Shown here: one piece after another, positions 1 to 14,135 of the stretch
How the letters are laid out: the number at the start of each line of letters is the position of its first letter
How positions within the stretch are numbered: position 1 is the first letter of the stretch
NCBI RefSeq assembly: GCF_003334335.1
Contig: NZ_QOWQ01000008.1
Reading direction: 5' to 3' (one strand)
DNA length: 64,000 nt
DNA from: Escherichia coli
Lineage (GTDB): Bacteria > Pseudomonadota > Gammaproteobacteria > Enterobacterales > Enterobacteriaceae
Position numbers and translations under genes: made by a program
Notes under the pieces: model-generated
The model's input: the letters and a program-made list of their open reading frames with translations, nothing else
Database searches by the model: none
Told to the model about the DNA's origin: nothing

Positions 1-894
1 ACGCGTCACGTAGATCTCTTCACCAAAGTGCTGTTCTTTTTGCACATAGTTGTGGTGACAGTTGATCTCTTCCATCGCCAGCGTTTGTGGCTGTCTGACC
101 GTTTTCTGCGTAATGCTCTGCAATGCCGTTACCACGTTTTCCATCATCGCATCGCGGTTAAGGCTGGCAAAAAGCTGCGCCCAGGCCACGGCTTTCAGGT
201 AATCATCAAAGTATTCCGTACCTTCCATAAAGTACGCCAGATCACGCGACGGCAACGTCTCAAGCGTTTCCTGCATCTCTTTTTGTGCCAGATCGATAAA
301 GTAAGTCCCGATGGCGTTACCAATTCCGCGTGAACCGGAGTGCAGCATAATCCACACCTGGTCCGACTCATCAAGGCAGATTTCAATAAAGTGGTTACCG
401 GTTCCCAGCGTTCCCAGGTGTTTATAGTTATTGGTATTCAGGAAACGGGGATATTTTTGCGTTAACCACTGATAACCGGCTTCAAGCTCAGCCCATTTAG
501 CATCGACGTTAACAGGTGGATTTTCCCAGGCACCTTTATCACGTTTACAACGGCCAGTGGTACGCCCGTGCGGCACGGCCGTTTCAATCGCCTGACGCAG
601 CTCTGCCAGGTTTTCAGGCAGGTCTTCCGCCGTTAACGCGGTACGCAGCGCGTTCATTCCACAGCCAATATCCACGCCCACCGCCGCCGGAATAATCGCC
701 CCTTTGGTCGGGATCACGCTACCAATGGTGGAACCTTTACCCAGGTGTACATCAGGCATTACCGCAATATGTTTGAAAATAAACGGCATCTTCGCCGTAT
801 TAATAAGTTGCTGACGCGCATCGGCCTCTACCGGCACGCCTTTGGTCCACATTTTTACCGGGGCATTTTCAGTGGTCAGTAATTCGTAATTCAT
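1..894 (-). CDS. rtcB: RNA-splicing ligase RtcB, 5' portion only (about 298 N-terminal codons; gene runs off window start)
   Basis: Reverse strand from ATG at ~892-894 reads MNYELLTTENAP...; absent from ORF track because no stop lies inside the window; recognised as E. coli rtcB, divergent from rtcR. Confidence 0.85.
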   Translation of the reverse strand, partial: MNYELLTTENAPVKMWTKGVPVEADARQQLINTAKMPFIFKHIAVMPDVHLGKGSTIGSVIPTKGAIIPAAVGVDIGCGMNALRTALTAEDLPENLAELRQAIETAVPHGRTTGRCKRDKGAWENPPVNVDAKWAELEAGYQWLTQKYPRFLNTNNYKHLGTLGTGNHFIEICLDESDQVWIMLHSGSRGIGNAIGTYFIDLAQKEMQETLETLPSRDLAYFMEGTEYFDDYLKAVAWAQLFASLNRDAMMENVVTALQSITQKTVRQPQTLAMEEINCHHNYVQKEQHFGEEIYVTR

Positions 895-931
895 TTTGTT
901 TTTCTCTTTTCGTTGTTTGCTGTCCTGATAA

Positions 932-949
932 TTGCAACCGTCGTGCCAG
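932..949 (-). promoter_or_regulatory. sigma54 (-24/-12) promoter of rtcBA
   Basis: Minus strand reads CTGGCACGACGGTTGCA, a perfect TGGCACG-N4-TTGCA match, ~40 bp upstream of rtcB ATG; the sigma54 activator RtcR is encoded divergently. Confidence 0.7.
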
Positions 950-1082
950 AAAATTAAATAAGCAGCTTAATTTTTTAATTCATTGTTTTAAAAAAGATTA
1001 TATCTTTACGTCCGTAACCGGAGATTTCCCGCAAAGCCAATTTACCGATAATGAAATATCGTCTTTTATAAGGATATCTAAG

Positions 1083-2681
1083 ATGCGTAAAACAGTGGCT
1101 TTTGGCTTTGTCGGTACCGTACTGGATTATGCCGGGCGCGGCAGTCAGCGCTGGTCAAAATGGCGTCCGACACTCTGTTTATGCCAGCAAGAATCGTTGG
1201 TCATCGATCGACTGGAATTGTTGCACGACGCCCGCTCGCGCTCGCTATTTGAAACGCTTAAACGCGATATCGCCAGCGTTTCGCCAGAAACAGAAGTGGT
1301 GAGCGTTGAGATTGAACTGCATAACCCGTGGGATTTCGAAGAGGTCTACGCCTGCCTGCATGATTTCGCCCGTGGTTACGAGTTTCAGCCAGAAAAAGAA
1401 GACTATTTAATTCACATCACCACCGGTACCCACGTCGCGCAGATTTGCTGGTTTCTGCTGGCAGAAGCGCGTTACCTGCCCGCCCGGCTGATACAATCTT
1501 CACCTCCGCGCAAAAAAGAACAGCCGCGCGGCCCAGGTGAAGTAACGATTATCGATCTCGATTTAAGCCGTTATAACGCCATCGCCAGCCGCTTTGCCGA
1601 GGAACGCCAGCAAACGCTTGATTTTCTTAAGTCCGGCATTGCCACGCGTAACCCCCACTTCAACCGCATGATTGAGCAGATCGAAAAAGTGGCGATCAAA
1701 TCCCGCGCGCCGATTCTGCTTAACGGTCCAACCGGCGCGGGCAAGTCATTTCTGGCGCGACGCATCTTCGAGTTAAAACAGGCGCGGCATCAGTTTAGCG
1801 GCGCGTTTGTGGAAGTGAACTGCGCCACCCTGCGCGGCGATACCGCCATGTCGACGCTGTTTGGTCATGTAAAAGGCGCGTTTACCGGGGCGCGGGAATC
1901 TCGTGAAGGTTTATTACGCAGCGCCAACGGCGGAATGTTGTTTCTTGATGAGATTGGCGAACTGGGCGCAGACGAACAGGCAATGCTGCTGAAAGCCATT
2001 GAAGAGAAAACCTTTTACCCGTTTGGCAGCGATCGCCAGGTGAGCAGTGATTTTCAGCTTATCGCCGGAACGGTGCGCGATTTGCGCCAGCTGGTTGCCG
2101 AAGGCAAATTTCGCGAAGATCTGTACGCGCGGATCAATCTCTGGACCTTCACCCTGCCGGGTCTACGCCAGCGCCAGGAAGATATTGAACCGAACCTGGA
2201 TTATGAAGTGGAGCGCCACGCCTCACTCACTGGCGACAGCGTGCGTTTTAACACCGAAGCGCGGCGCGCCTGGTTGGCTTTTGCGACCTCTCCCCAGGCA
2301 ACATGGCGCGGTAACTTTCGCGAACTTTCTGCCAGCGTCACGCGGATGGCCACCTTTGCCACTAGCGGACGCATCACTCTGGACGTGGTTGAAGATGAGA
2401 TAAACCGTCTGCGCTATAACTGGCAGGAGAGCCGCCCCTCCGCGCTTACGGCGTTGCTGGGCGCAGAGGCAGAAAACATCGATCTCTTCGACCGTATGCA
2501 ACTGGAACACGTTATCGCTATCTGCCGCCAGGCAAAGTCGCTTTCCGCAGCCGGACGCCAGCTTTTTGACGTTTCGCGCCAGGGCAAAGCCAGCGTCAAT
2601 GACGCGGATCGGCTACGCAAATACCTGGCGCGTTTTGGTCTGACGTGGGAAGCCGTGCAGGATCAGCACAGCTCCAGTTGA
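1083..2681 (+). CDS. rtcR: sigma54-dependent transcriptional activator RtcR
   Basis: ORF track 532 aa; Walker [12 protein letters not shown] and sigma54-contact GAFTGA motif visible; divergent from rtcB. Confidence 0.95.
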   Translation: MRKTVAFGFVGTVLDYAGRGSQRWSKWRPTLCLCQQESLVIDRLELLHDARSRSLFETLKRDIASVSPETEVVSVEIELHNPWDFEEVYACLHDFARGYEFQPEKEDYLIHITTGTHVAQICWFLLAEARYLPARLIQSSPPRKKEQPRGPGEVTIIDLDLSRYNAIASRFAEERQQTLDFLKSGIATRNPHFNRMIEQIEKVAIKSRAPILLNGPTGAGKSFLARRIFELKQARHQFSGAFVEVNCATLRGDTAMSTLFGHVKGAFTGARESREGLLRSANGGMLFLDEIGELGADEQAMLLKAIEEKTFYPFGSDRQVSSDFQLIAGTVRDLRQLVAEGKFREDLYARINLWTFTLPGLRQRQEDIEPNLDYEVERHASLTGDSVRFNTEARRAWLAFATSPQATWRGNFRELSASVTRMATFATSGRITLDVVEDEINRLRYNWQESRPSALTALLGAEAENIDLFDRMQLEHVIAICRQAKSLSAAGRQLFDVSRQGKASVNDADRLRKYLARFGLTWEAVQDQHSSS

Positions 2682-3421
2682 ATATGGTGGTCCGTCAGCA
2701 CCTGCATCACGCTTACTGGCGGCGGGGCGTCGGTGTAGACGGCATCTACCATGCTGATGCTGCCCATATTGACCATCGCGTTACGGCCAAATTTCGAGTG
2801 ATCGACAACCAGCATAACGTGGCGCGAGTTCTCAATAATGGCGCGTTTGGTGCGAACTTCGTGGTAATCGAACTCCAGCAGCGAGCCGTCGCTATCGATG
2901 CCGCTTATCCCCAGAATGCCGAAATCAAGGCGGAACTGGGAGATAAAATCGAGCGTCGCTTCGCCAATGATCCCGCCATCGCGGCTGCGTAATTCGCCAC
3001 CGGCGAGAATGATGCGAAAATCTTCTTTTACCATCAACGTGTTAGCAACGTTGAGATTGTTGGTGACAATGCGCAAATTGCTGTGATTGAGCAGTGCGTG
3101 CGCTACCGCTTCCGGCGTGGTGCCGATATCGATAAACAGCGTCGAGCCATTGGGGATTTGCTCCGCCACTTTGCGGGCGATGCGCTCTTTTTCTTCGGTC
3201 TGGGTGGCCTTGCGATCGTGCCACGGCGTGTTAACCGAACTGGAAGGCAGCGCCGCACCGCCATGATGGCGCAGGATCAGGTTTTGCTCCGCCAGCTCAT
3301 TGAGGTCGCGGCGAATAGTCTGCGGGCTGACGGAGAAATGCTCTACCAGCTCTTCGGTACTGACATAACCCTGCTGTTTAACCAGTTCGATAATACCGTT
3401 GTGACGTTGTGTTTGTTTCAT
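2663..3421 (-). CDS. glpR: glycerol-3-phosphate regulon repressor GlpR (DeoR family)
   Basis: ORF track 252 aa; N-terminal HTH; 3' end overlaps rtcR 3' end by 19 bp (convergent). Confidence 0.95.
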   Translation of the reverse strand: MKQTQRHNGIIELVKQQGYVSTEELVEHFSVSPQTIRRDLNELAEQNLILRHHGGAALPSSSVNTPWHDRKATQTEEKERIARKVAEQIPNGSTLFIDIGTTPEAVAHALLNHSNLRIVTNNLNVANTLMVKEDFRIILAGGELRSRDGGIIGEATLDFISQFRLDFGILGISGIDSDGSLLEFDYHEVRTKRAIIENSRHVMLVVDHSKFGRNAMVNMGSISMVDAVYTDAPPPVSVMQVLTDHHIQLELC

Positions 3422-3437
3422 TTATAAATCCCTGGAA

Positions 3438-4280
<843 letters not shown>

Positions 4281-4312
4281 TTATTCCACACAAAAGGGGA
4301 CAGTATAAAGCG

Positions 4313-4717
<405 letters not shown>

Positions 4718-4773
4718 TTATACATATCACTCTAAAATGTTTTTTCAATGTTACCTAAAGCGCGATTCTTTGC

Positions 4774-4795
4774 TAATATGTTCGATAACGAACAT
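4774..4795 (+). promoter_or_regulatory. glpD promoter -10 (TAATAT) overlapped by a GlpR operator palindrome
   Basis: Perfect palindrome ATGTTCGATAACGAACAT at ~4778-4795, ~35 bp upstream of glpD ATG, in the glpE/glpD divergent region. Confidence 0.65.
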
Positions 4796-4828
4796 TTATG
4801 AGCTTTAACGAAAGTGAATGAGGGCAGC

Positions 4829-6334
4829 ATGGAAACCAAAGATCTGATTGTGATAGGGGGCGGCATCAATGGTGCTGGTATCGCGGCAGACGCCGCTGGA
4901 CGCGGTTTATCCGTGCTGATGCTGGAGGCGCAGGATCTCGCTTGCGCGACCTCTTCCGCCAGTTCAAAACTCATTCACGGTGGCCTGCGCTACCTTGAGC
5001 ACTATGAATTCCGCCTGGTCAGCGAGGCGCTGGCTGAACGTGAAGTGCTGCTGAAAATGGCCCCGCATATCGCCTTCCCGATGCGTTTTCGCCTGCCACA
5101 TCGTCCGCATCTGCGCCCGGCGTGGATGATTCGCATTGGTCTGTTTATGTACGATCATCTGGGTAAACGCACCAGCTTGCCGGGATCAACTGGTTTGCGT
5201 TTTGGCGCAAATTCAGTGTTAAAACCGGAAATTAAGCGCGGATTCGAATATTCTGACTGTTGGGTAGACGACGCCCGTCTGGTACTCGCCAACGCCCAGA
5301 TGGTGGTGCGTAAAGGCGGCGAAGTGCTTACTCGGACTCGCGCCACCTCTGCTCGCCGCGAAAACGGCCTGTGGATTGTGGAAGCGGAAGATATCGATAC
5401 CGGCAAAAAATATAGCTGGCAAGCGCGCGGCTTGGTTAACGCCACCGGCCCGTGGGTGAAACAGTTCTTCGACGACGGGATGCATCTGCCTTCGCCTTAT
5501 GGCATTCGCCTGATCAAAGGCAGCCATATTGTGGTGCCGCGCGTGCATACCCAGAAGCAAGCCTACATTCTGCAAAACGAAGATAAACGTATTGTGTTCG
5601 TGATCCCGTGGATGGACGAGTTTTCCATCATCGGCACTACCGATGTCGAGTACAAAGGCGATCCGAAAGCGGTGAAGATTGAAGAGAGTGAAATCAATTA
5701 CCTGCTGAATGTGTATAACACGCACTTTAAAAAGCAGTTAAGCCGTGACGATATCGTCTGGACCTACTCCGGTGTGCGTCCGCTGTGTGATGATGAGTCC
5801 GACTCGCCGCAGGCTATTACCCGTGATTACACCCTTGATATTCATGATGAAAATGGCAAAGCACCGCTGCTGTCGGTATTCGGCGGTAAGCTGACCACCT
5901 ACCGAAAACTGGCGGAACATGCGCTGGAAAAACTAACGCCGTATTATCAGGGTATTGGCCCGGCATGGACGAAAGAGAGTGTGCTACCGGGTGGCGCCAT
6001 TGAAGGCGACCGCGACGATTATGCCGCTCGCCTGCGCCGCCGCTATCCGTTCCTGACTGAATCGCTGGCGCGTCATTACGCTCGCACTTACGGCAGCAAC
6101 AGCGAGCTGCTGCTCGGCAATGCGGGAACGGTAAGCGATCTCGGGGAAGATTTCGGTCATGAGTTCTACGAAGCGGAGCTGAAATACCTGGTGGATCACG
6201 AATGGGTCCGCCGCGCCGACGACGCCCTGTGGCGTCGCACAAAACAAGGCATGTGGCTAAATGCGGATCAACAATCTCGTGTGAGTCAGTGGCTGGTGGA
6301 GTATACGCAGCAGAGGTTATCGCTGGCGTCGTAA
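4829..6334 (+). CDS. glpD: aerobic sn-glycerol-3-phosphate dehydrogenase GlpD
   Basis: ORF track 4814..6334 (GTG) trimmed to ATG at 4829 giving 501 aa METKDLIVIGGGINGAG...; FAD-binding GxGxxG. Confidence 0.92.
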   Translation: METKDLIVIGGGINGAGIAADAAGRGLSVLMLEAQDLACATSSASSKLIHGGLRYLEHYEFRLVSEALAEREVLLKMAPHIAFPMRFRLPHRPHLRPAWMIRIGLFMYDHLGKRTSLPGSTGLRFGANSVLKPEIKRGFEYSDCWVDDARLVLANAQMVVRKGGEVLTRTRATSARRENGLWIVEAEDIDTGKKYSWQARGLVNATGPWVKQFFDDGMHLPSPYGIRLIKGSHIVVPRVHTQKQAYILQNEDKRIVFVIPWMDEFSIIGTTDVEYKGDPKAVKIEESEINYLLNVYNTHFKKQLSRDDIVWTYSGVRPLCDDESDSPQAITRDYTLDIHDENGKAPLLSVFGGKLTTYRKLAEHALEKLTPYYQGIGPAWTKESVLPGGAIEGDRDDYAARLRRRYPFLTESLARHYARTYGSNSELLLGNAGTVSDLGEDFGHEFYEAELKYLVDHEWVRRADDALWRRTKQGMWLNADQQSRVSQWLVEYTQQRLSLAS

Positions 6335-6396
6335 ATTAACGTAAGGTGATCAGGTCAGATTTCAATCTGGCCTGAGACTGATGACAAACACAAAAC

Positions 6397-6500
6397 TGCC
6401 TGATGCGCTACGCTTATCAGGCCTACGTGGTTTATGCAATATATTGAATTTGCATGGTCTTGTAGGCCAGATAAGACGTTCACGTCGCATCCGGCATGAA
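6397..6500. repeat. REP/BIME cluster (repetitive extragenic palindromes)
   Basis: Inverted copies of GCCTGATGCGCTACGCTTATCAGGCCTAC and GTAGGCCAGATAAGACGTTCACGTCGCATCCGGCA downstream of glpD. Confidence 0.8.
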
Positions 6501-6539
6501 CAAAGCGCACTTTGTCAAAAATCTAACCTACTTTTTAAT

Positions 6540-6833
6540 TCAGGGAATTACCGCAAAGCCCACGCCATCATACCCAACGTAACAAAACTCAGGCACGTTC
6601 CCCACTCGCCCCGAGAAAAATAGCATTAATGCGCCCAGCGCCAGCATAAAAATTTTGAGCAGAAGGTAAATTGTTGGCGTGATAAGGATATTACAAACTT
6701 CAATAATACCGGCAAGTCCGACACCCAGCATGGCAATAACCACCGCCAAAAATTGCGCCAGTATGGGGATGCCGAAAAAAGTCATTACCAGCGAGGTCAA
6801 AATCCATTTTCTGTTTTGCATTATTCTTTCCAT
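6540..6833 (-). CDS. small hydrophobic hypothetical membrane protein (97 aa); possibly the gene annotated yzgL in K-12
   Basis: ORF track 97 aa, strongly hydrophobic, sits between REP cluster and glgP; coding status uncertain. Confidence 0.4.
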   Translation of the reverse strand: MERIMQNRKWILTSLVMTFFGIPILAQFLAVVIAMLGVGLAGIIEVCNILITPTIYLLLKIFMLALGALMLFFSGRVGNVPEFCYVGYDGVGFAVIP

Positions 6834-6949
6834 TCTTTTTGAATGGTGAAATTATACTCCCCGAGTCCCCTTGCCCCTTCTGGACACTTTTCCGAAATGA
6901 TGGCGGAAAAAAACGGGACCCTTTGGCCCCGTTCTATTTATTGGTGAAC

Positions 6950-9415
<2,466 letters not shown>

Positions 9416-10849
9416 CTATTTCAAGCGATAGTAAAGCTCACGGTACGACTTCGCCGCGACCTGCCAGCTAAAATCCATTGCCATAGCCTGACGTTGCACA
9501 AACCGCCACAGTGAAGGACGGGACCACAGTACAAAAGCACGTCGAATAGCCCGTAACAGCGACCAGGCATTACTATCTTCAAAGACAAACCCACTGGCGA
9601 CGCCATCTGCAAGGTTCTCAAGAGAACAGTCAGAAACCGTATCAGCAAGCCCACCGGTGCGCCGCACTAACGGCAGCGTACCGTACTTCAATCCATAAAG
9701 TTGCGTTAAGCCGCACGGTTCAAAACGGCTGGGCACCAGAATGACGTCCGCGCCGCCCATAATGCGATGCGAAAATGCTTCGTGATAGCCAATCTGAACG
9801 CCCACCTGACCGGGGTATTCCGCTGCCGCCGCAAGGAAACCTTCCTGCAGCACCGGATCGCCCGCGCCGAGTAGCGCCAGCTGCCCGCCCTGCTCCAGAA
9901 GACCCGGTAAGGCTTCCAGCACCAGGTCGAGACCTTTCTGGCTGGTCAGACGGCTCACCACTGCAAAAAGCGGCACTTTATCGTCAACCTTAAGCCCCAT
10001 TGCGATTTGTAACTGGCGCTTATTTTCCGCTTTATCTTCCAACGTATCGCGGGTGTAACGCGAGGCCAACAGTAAGTCCGTCTCTGGACTCCAGATTTTC
10101 TCGTCCACGCCGTTCAGTACGCCGGAAAGACGCCCTTCACGGTGACGCTGTTGCAACAGACCTTCCATACCGTAGGCAAACTGCGGTTCGGTGATCTCGC
10201 GAGCGTAGGTTGGACTGACCGCCGTAATGTGATCGGCATAGTACAGACCGGCCTTCAGGAAAGAGATTTGTCCGTTGAATTCCAGCCCATGAATATTAAA
10301 GAATGACCATGGCAATTGGATGTCATTCATGTGATGTGCATAAAACATGCCTTGATAGGCCAGGTTGTGCACAGTAAACACCGACTTCGCCGGACGCCCG
10401 CGCGCCGCCAGATACGCAGGCGCAAGGCCTGCATGCCAGTCGTGCGCATGCACCACATCAGGACGCCAGAATGGGTCAAGCCCGCTGGCCATTTCTGCCC
10501 CAACCCACCCCAGCAGCGCAAAACGCAATACGTTGTCGGTATAGGCAAATAAGTTGGTATCGTGATACGGGCTTCCCGGACGATCATAGAGATGCGGCGC
10601 GTCAATCAGGTAAATGCCAACCCCGTTGTAATGACCGAACAACAGCGTGATATGTCCGGCGAAGGTATCACGACGGGATACTACCTGCGCATCGGTCACG
10701 CCACGGCGAATATCGGGAAATGCAGGCAACAGTACGCGAGCGTCAACGCCGTCTGCGATTTGTGCTGCGGGTAATGCCCCAATAACATCAGCCAGACCGC
10801 CGGTTTTAAGCAGCGGGAACATCTCTGAACATACATGTAAAACCTGCAT
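9416..10849 (-). CDS. glgA: glycogen synthase GlgA
   Basis: ORF track 477 aa; KTGGLADV motif; start overlaps glgC stop (TAATG). Confidence 0.96.
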
Positions 10850-12144
10850 TATCGCTCCTGTTTATGCCCTAACTTCCGTAGCATTTCGCGCGTTACCAGC
10901 ACGATGCCTTCTTCTGAACGATAGAAACGACGTGCATCTTCCTCTGCGTTTTCACCAATCACCATGCCTTCCGGAATAACACAAGCACGATCGATGACGC
11001 AGCGGCGCAGACGGCACGAGCGACCTACCCATACTTCCGGTAACAATACGGCGGAATCAATGTTGCAGAATGAATTCACGCGAACGCGCGAGAACAGAAC
11101 GGACTGCACCACCACCGAACCGGAGATCACACAACCGCCGGAAACCAGTGAGTTAAGGGTCATCCCGTGGCTACCGGAGCGATCCTGCACGAATTTCGCT
11201 GGCGGTAATGATTCATTGTAGGTGCGAATTGGCCAATTGCGATCGTACATATCCAGTTCCGGCACCACAGAGGCCAGATCGAGGTTCGCTTTCCAGTAAG
11301 CTTCCAGCGTACCCACATCGCGCCAGTACGGCTCGGCATCCGGGTCGGATTGTACGCAAGAGAGCGGGAACGGGTGCGCATAGGCCAGACCGGCTTCGGT
11401 GATCTTGGGAATCAAATCTTTGCCAAAGTCGTGGCTGGAGTTCTCATCGCGATCGTCTTCTTCCAGCAGTTCATACAGATAGTCGGCGTCAAAGACGTAG
11501 ATACCCATACTCGCCAGAGATTTGCTCGGATCGTTCGGCATTGACGGCGGGTTAGCAGGTTTTTCAACGAATTCGATAATTTTATCGTTCTCATCAACCG
11601 CCATAACGCCAAATGCGGAGGCTTCTTCAATCGGTACTGGCATACAAGCAACGGTGCAACGTGCGCCTTTTTCGACGTGATCGATAAGCATACGCGAGTA
11701 GTCTTGCTTGTAGATATGGTCGCCCGCCAGGATCACCACGTATTCCGCTTTATAACGGCGGATAATGTCGAGGTTTTGGGTGACCGCATCTGCGGTGCCG
11801 CGATACCAGTTTTCCCCTTTCATTCTCTGCTGTGCTGGCAGCAGATCGACAAACTCGTTCATTTCTTCATTGAAGAATGACCAGCCGCGCTGAATGTGCT
11901 GCACCAGAGTGTGGGACTGGTACTGGGTGATCACGCCCATACGACGGATCCCGGAGTTGATGCAGTTAGACAGCGCAAAGTCGATAATGCGGAACTTACC
12001 GCCGAAGTGTACGGCCGGTTTTGCTCGCTTATTGGTTAAATCCTTCAGGCGGGTACCACGTCCTCCCGCCAGTATCAGGGCAACAGATTTCAATGGCAGC
12101 TGGCGCGCCAACATTAAGTGATCGTTCTTCTCTAAACTAACCAT
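10849..12144 (-). CDS. glgC: glucose-1-phosphate adenylyltransferase GlgC
   Basis: ORF track 10849..12180 trimmed to ATG at 12144 giving 431 aa ([12 protein letters not shown]...); [11 protein letters not shown] motif. Confidence 0.92.
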
Positions 12145-12161
12145 GACTAACTCCTTTTTTA

Positions 12162-14135
12162 TCATCTCTGGAACACACACAATCCGTGTGCAGGTCCCTG
12201 CCAGACAGCCGTAATCACTGGGTTATCCTCTCCAGCGAATGGGGGAATGGCGTGCCACTCCCCAGCAGGTAAAACAATCTCTGTTACCTCAAGCGTGGCG
12301 TTAATTGCGATCAAAAAGCGATCCGAGAGCAGAATTTGCAGCTGTTTCGGCCCGTTTTGCCACTCATCCGTGCTTAAAGGTTGAGCATATCGATTTAGCC
12401 AACGGACATTGCCGTCGCCTTCTTCCCACCAGCGATTCTCCACCAAAGCGGGAATGCGCTTGCGCAGATGGATTAACGCGGCGGTAAATGCGGTTAAACC
12501 ACTGCTTGCCTGCGACCAGTCCAACCAGGTTAATTGGTTATCCTGACAGTAGGCATTGTTATTGCCATGCTGGCTGTGACCATGTTCGTCACCGGCCAGT
12601 AACATCGGCGTACCCTGGGAGAGCAACAACGTTGTTAACAGGGCGTGAATGCTGTCGCGCCGCCGTTCAACCAGGTCAAGAGAACCGCCTAACCCTTCTT
12701 TACCATGATTGTTACTGTAATTGTTGTTGGTCCCGTCGCGATTTTCTTCTCCGTTTGCTTCATTGTGTTTATGGTTGAAGCAAACGCAGTCGCGAAGCGT
12801 AAAACCGTCATGCGCGGTGACGAGATTAATCGCGGCACTCGGCAGACGACCATTACGTTTAAAAACATCGCTGGAGGCAGCAAAACGCCCGGCAAACGCC
12901 CCCAGAGGCAAATCATAATGTAGCCAGAAACGACGGGCAGCATCGCGGAAATGATCGTTCCACTCGGCAAACAGCGGCGGGAAATTTCCCACCTGATAAC
13001 CACCAGGAGCGATATCCCACGGTTCAGCAATTAACTTCACCTGCGAGAGCACCGGGCAGTTCTGGATAGCGGTAAACAACGGCGCATCCTGACGGAACTC
13101 TGGCGTACGGCCCATGACTGCCGCCAGATCAAAGCGGAAACCATCGACGTGGCAGGTTTCTACCCAATAACGCAGGCAGGCGCTGGCATAATCCACCACC
13201 GCCGGATGACTCAAATTGAGCGTGTTGCCGCAACCGGTCCAGTTGTGATAATCGCCGTCTTCTCTTATCCAATAATAGCTACGGTTATCGATCCCACGCA
13301 GCGAGAATAACGGGCCGTCGAGGTCCAGTTCCGCACTATGGTTGAGCACGATATCAAGAATGACTTCGATACCCGCTTTATGCAGTGCTTTGATTGCATC
13401 GCGAAACTCATCCAGCGCCGTTTCTGGCGAGCAGGCATACGCCGGATGCAGCGCAAACATCGCCACCGGGTTGTAACCCCAGTAGTTACTTAGCCCCATG
13501 CGTTGCAGACGTGGTTCACTGGCAAACTGCGCCACTGGCAGCAGTTCCAGCGCGGTAATGCCCAATTGTTTCAAATAGTTGATCATCACCGGATGCCCGA
13601 GGGTTTTATAAGTGCCACGGATCTCGACCGGGATCTCCGGGTGCAAGTACGTTAATCCTTTGACATGGGCTTCATAAATGATGGTGCTGCCCCACGGCGT
13701 GCGCGGCGGGGCATCATCTTCCCAGTCATAGTGATCAACCACCACTACGCATTTCGGCGCAATGGCGGCGTTGTCGCGATAGTCAGGTTCATTATGACCG
13801 GCGTGCAGCAGCGGGTTATCTTTAAACTCCCCGTCAATTTGCCGCGCGCAAGGATCAATCAACAACTTCGCCGGGTTAAAGCGATGCCCCTCGGCGGGTT
13901 GCCAGGGGCCATGAACGCGATAACCATAACGCAAACCCGGGCGCGCATCCGGCAGATAACCGTGCCAAATGTCGCCACTGTGCCCTGGCAAGTCATAGCG
14001 ATGTTCCTGGCCATTGGCGTCAAAGACACACAGTTCTACCCGCTCGGCATGAGCGGAGAAAAGTGTGAAGTTGACGCCCTGACCGTCGTAATGCGCGCCG
14101 AGGGGAGCGGGTTTGCCAATGGCGAGTTGTGTCAT
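12162..14135 (-). CDS. glgX: glycogen debranching enzyme GlgX
   Basis: ORF track 657 aa; GH13 family features; overlaps glgB stop by 4 bp. Confidence 0.95.
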
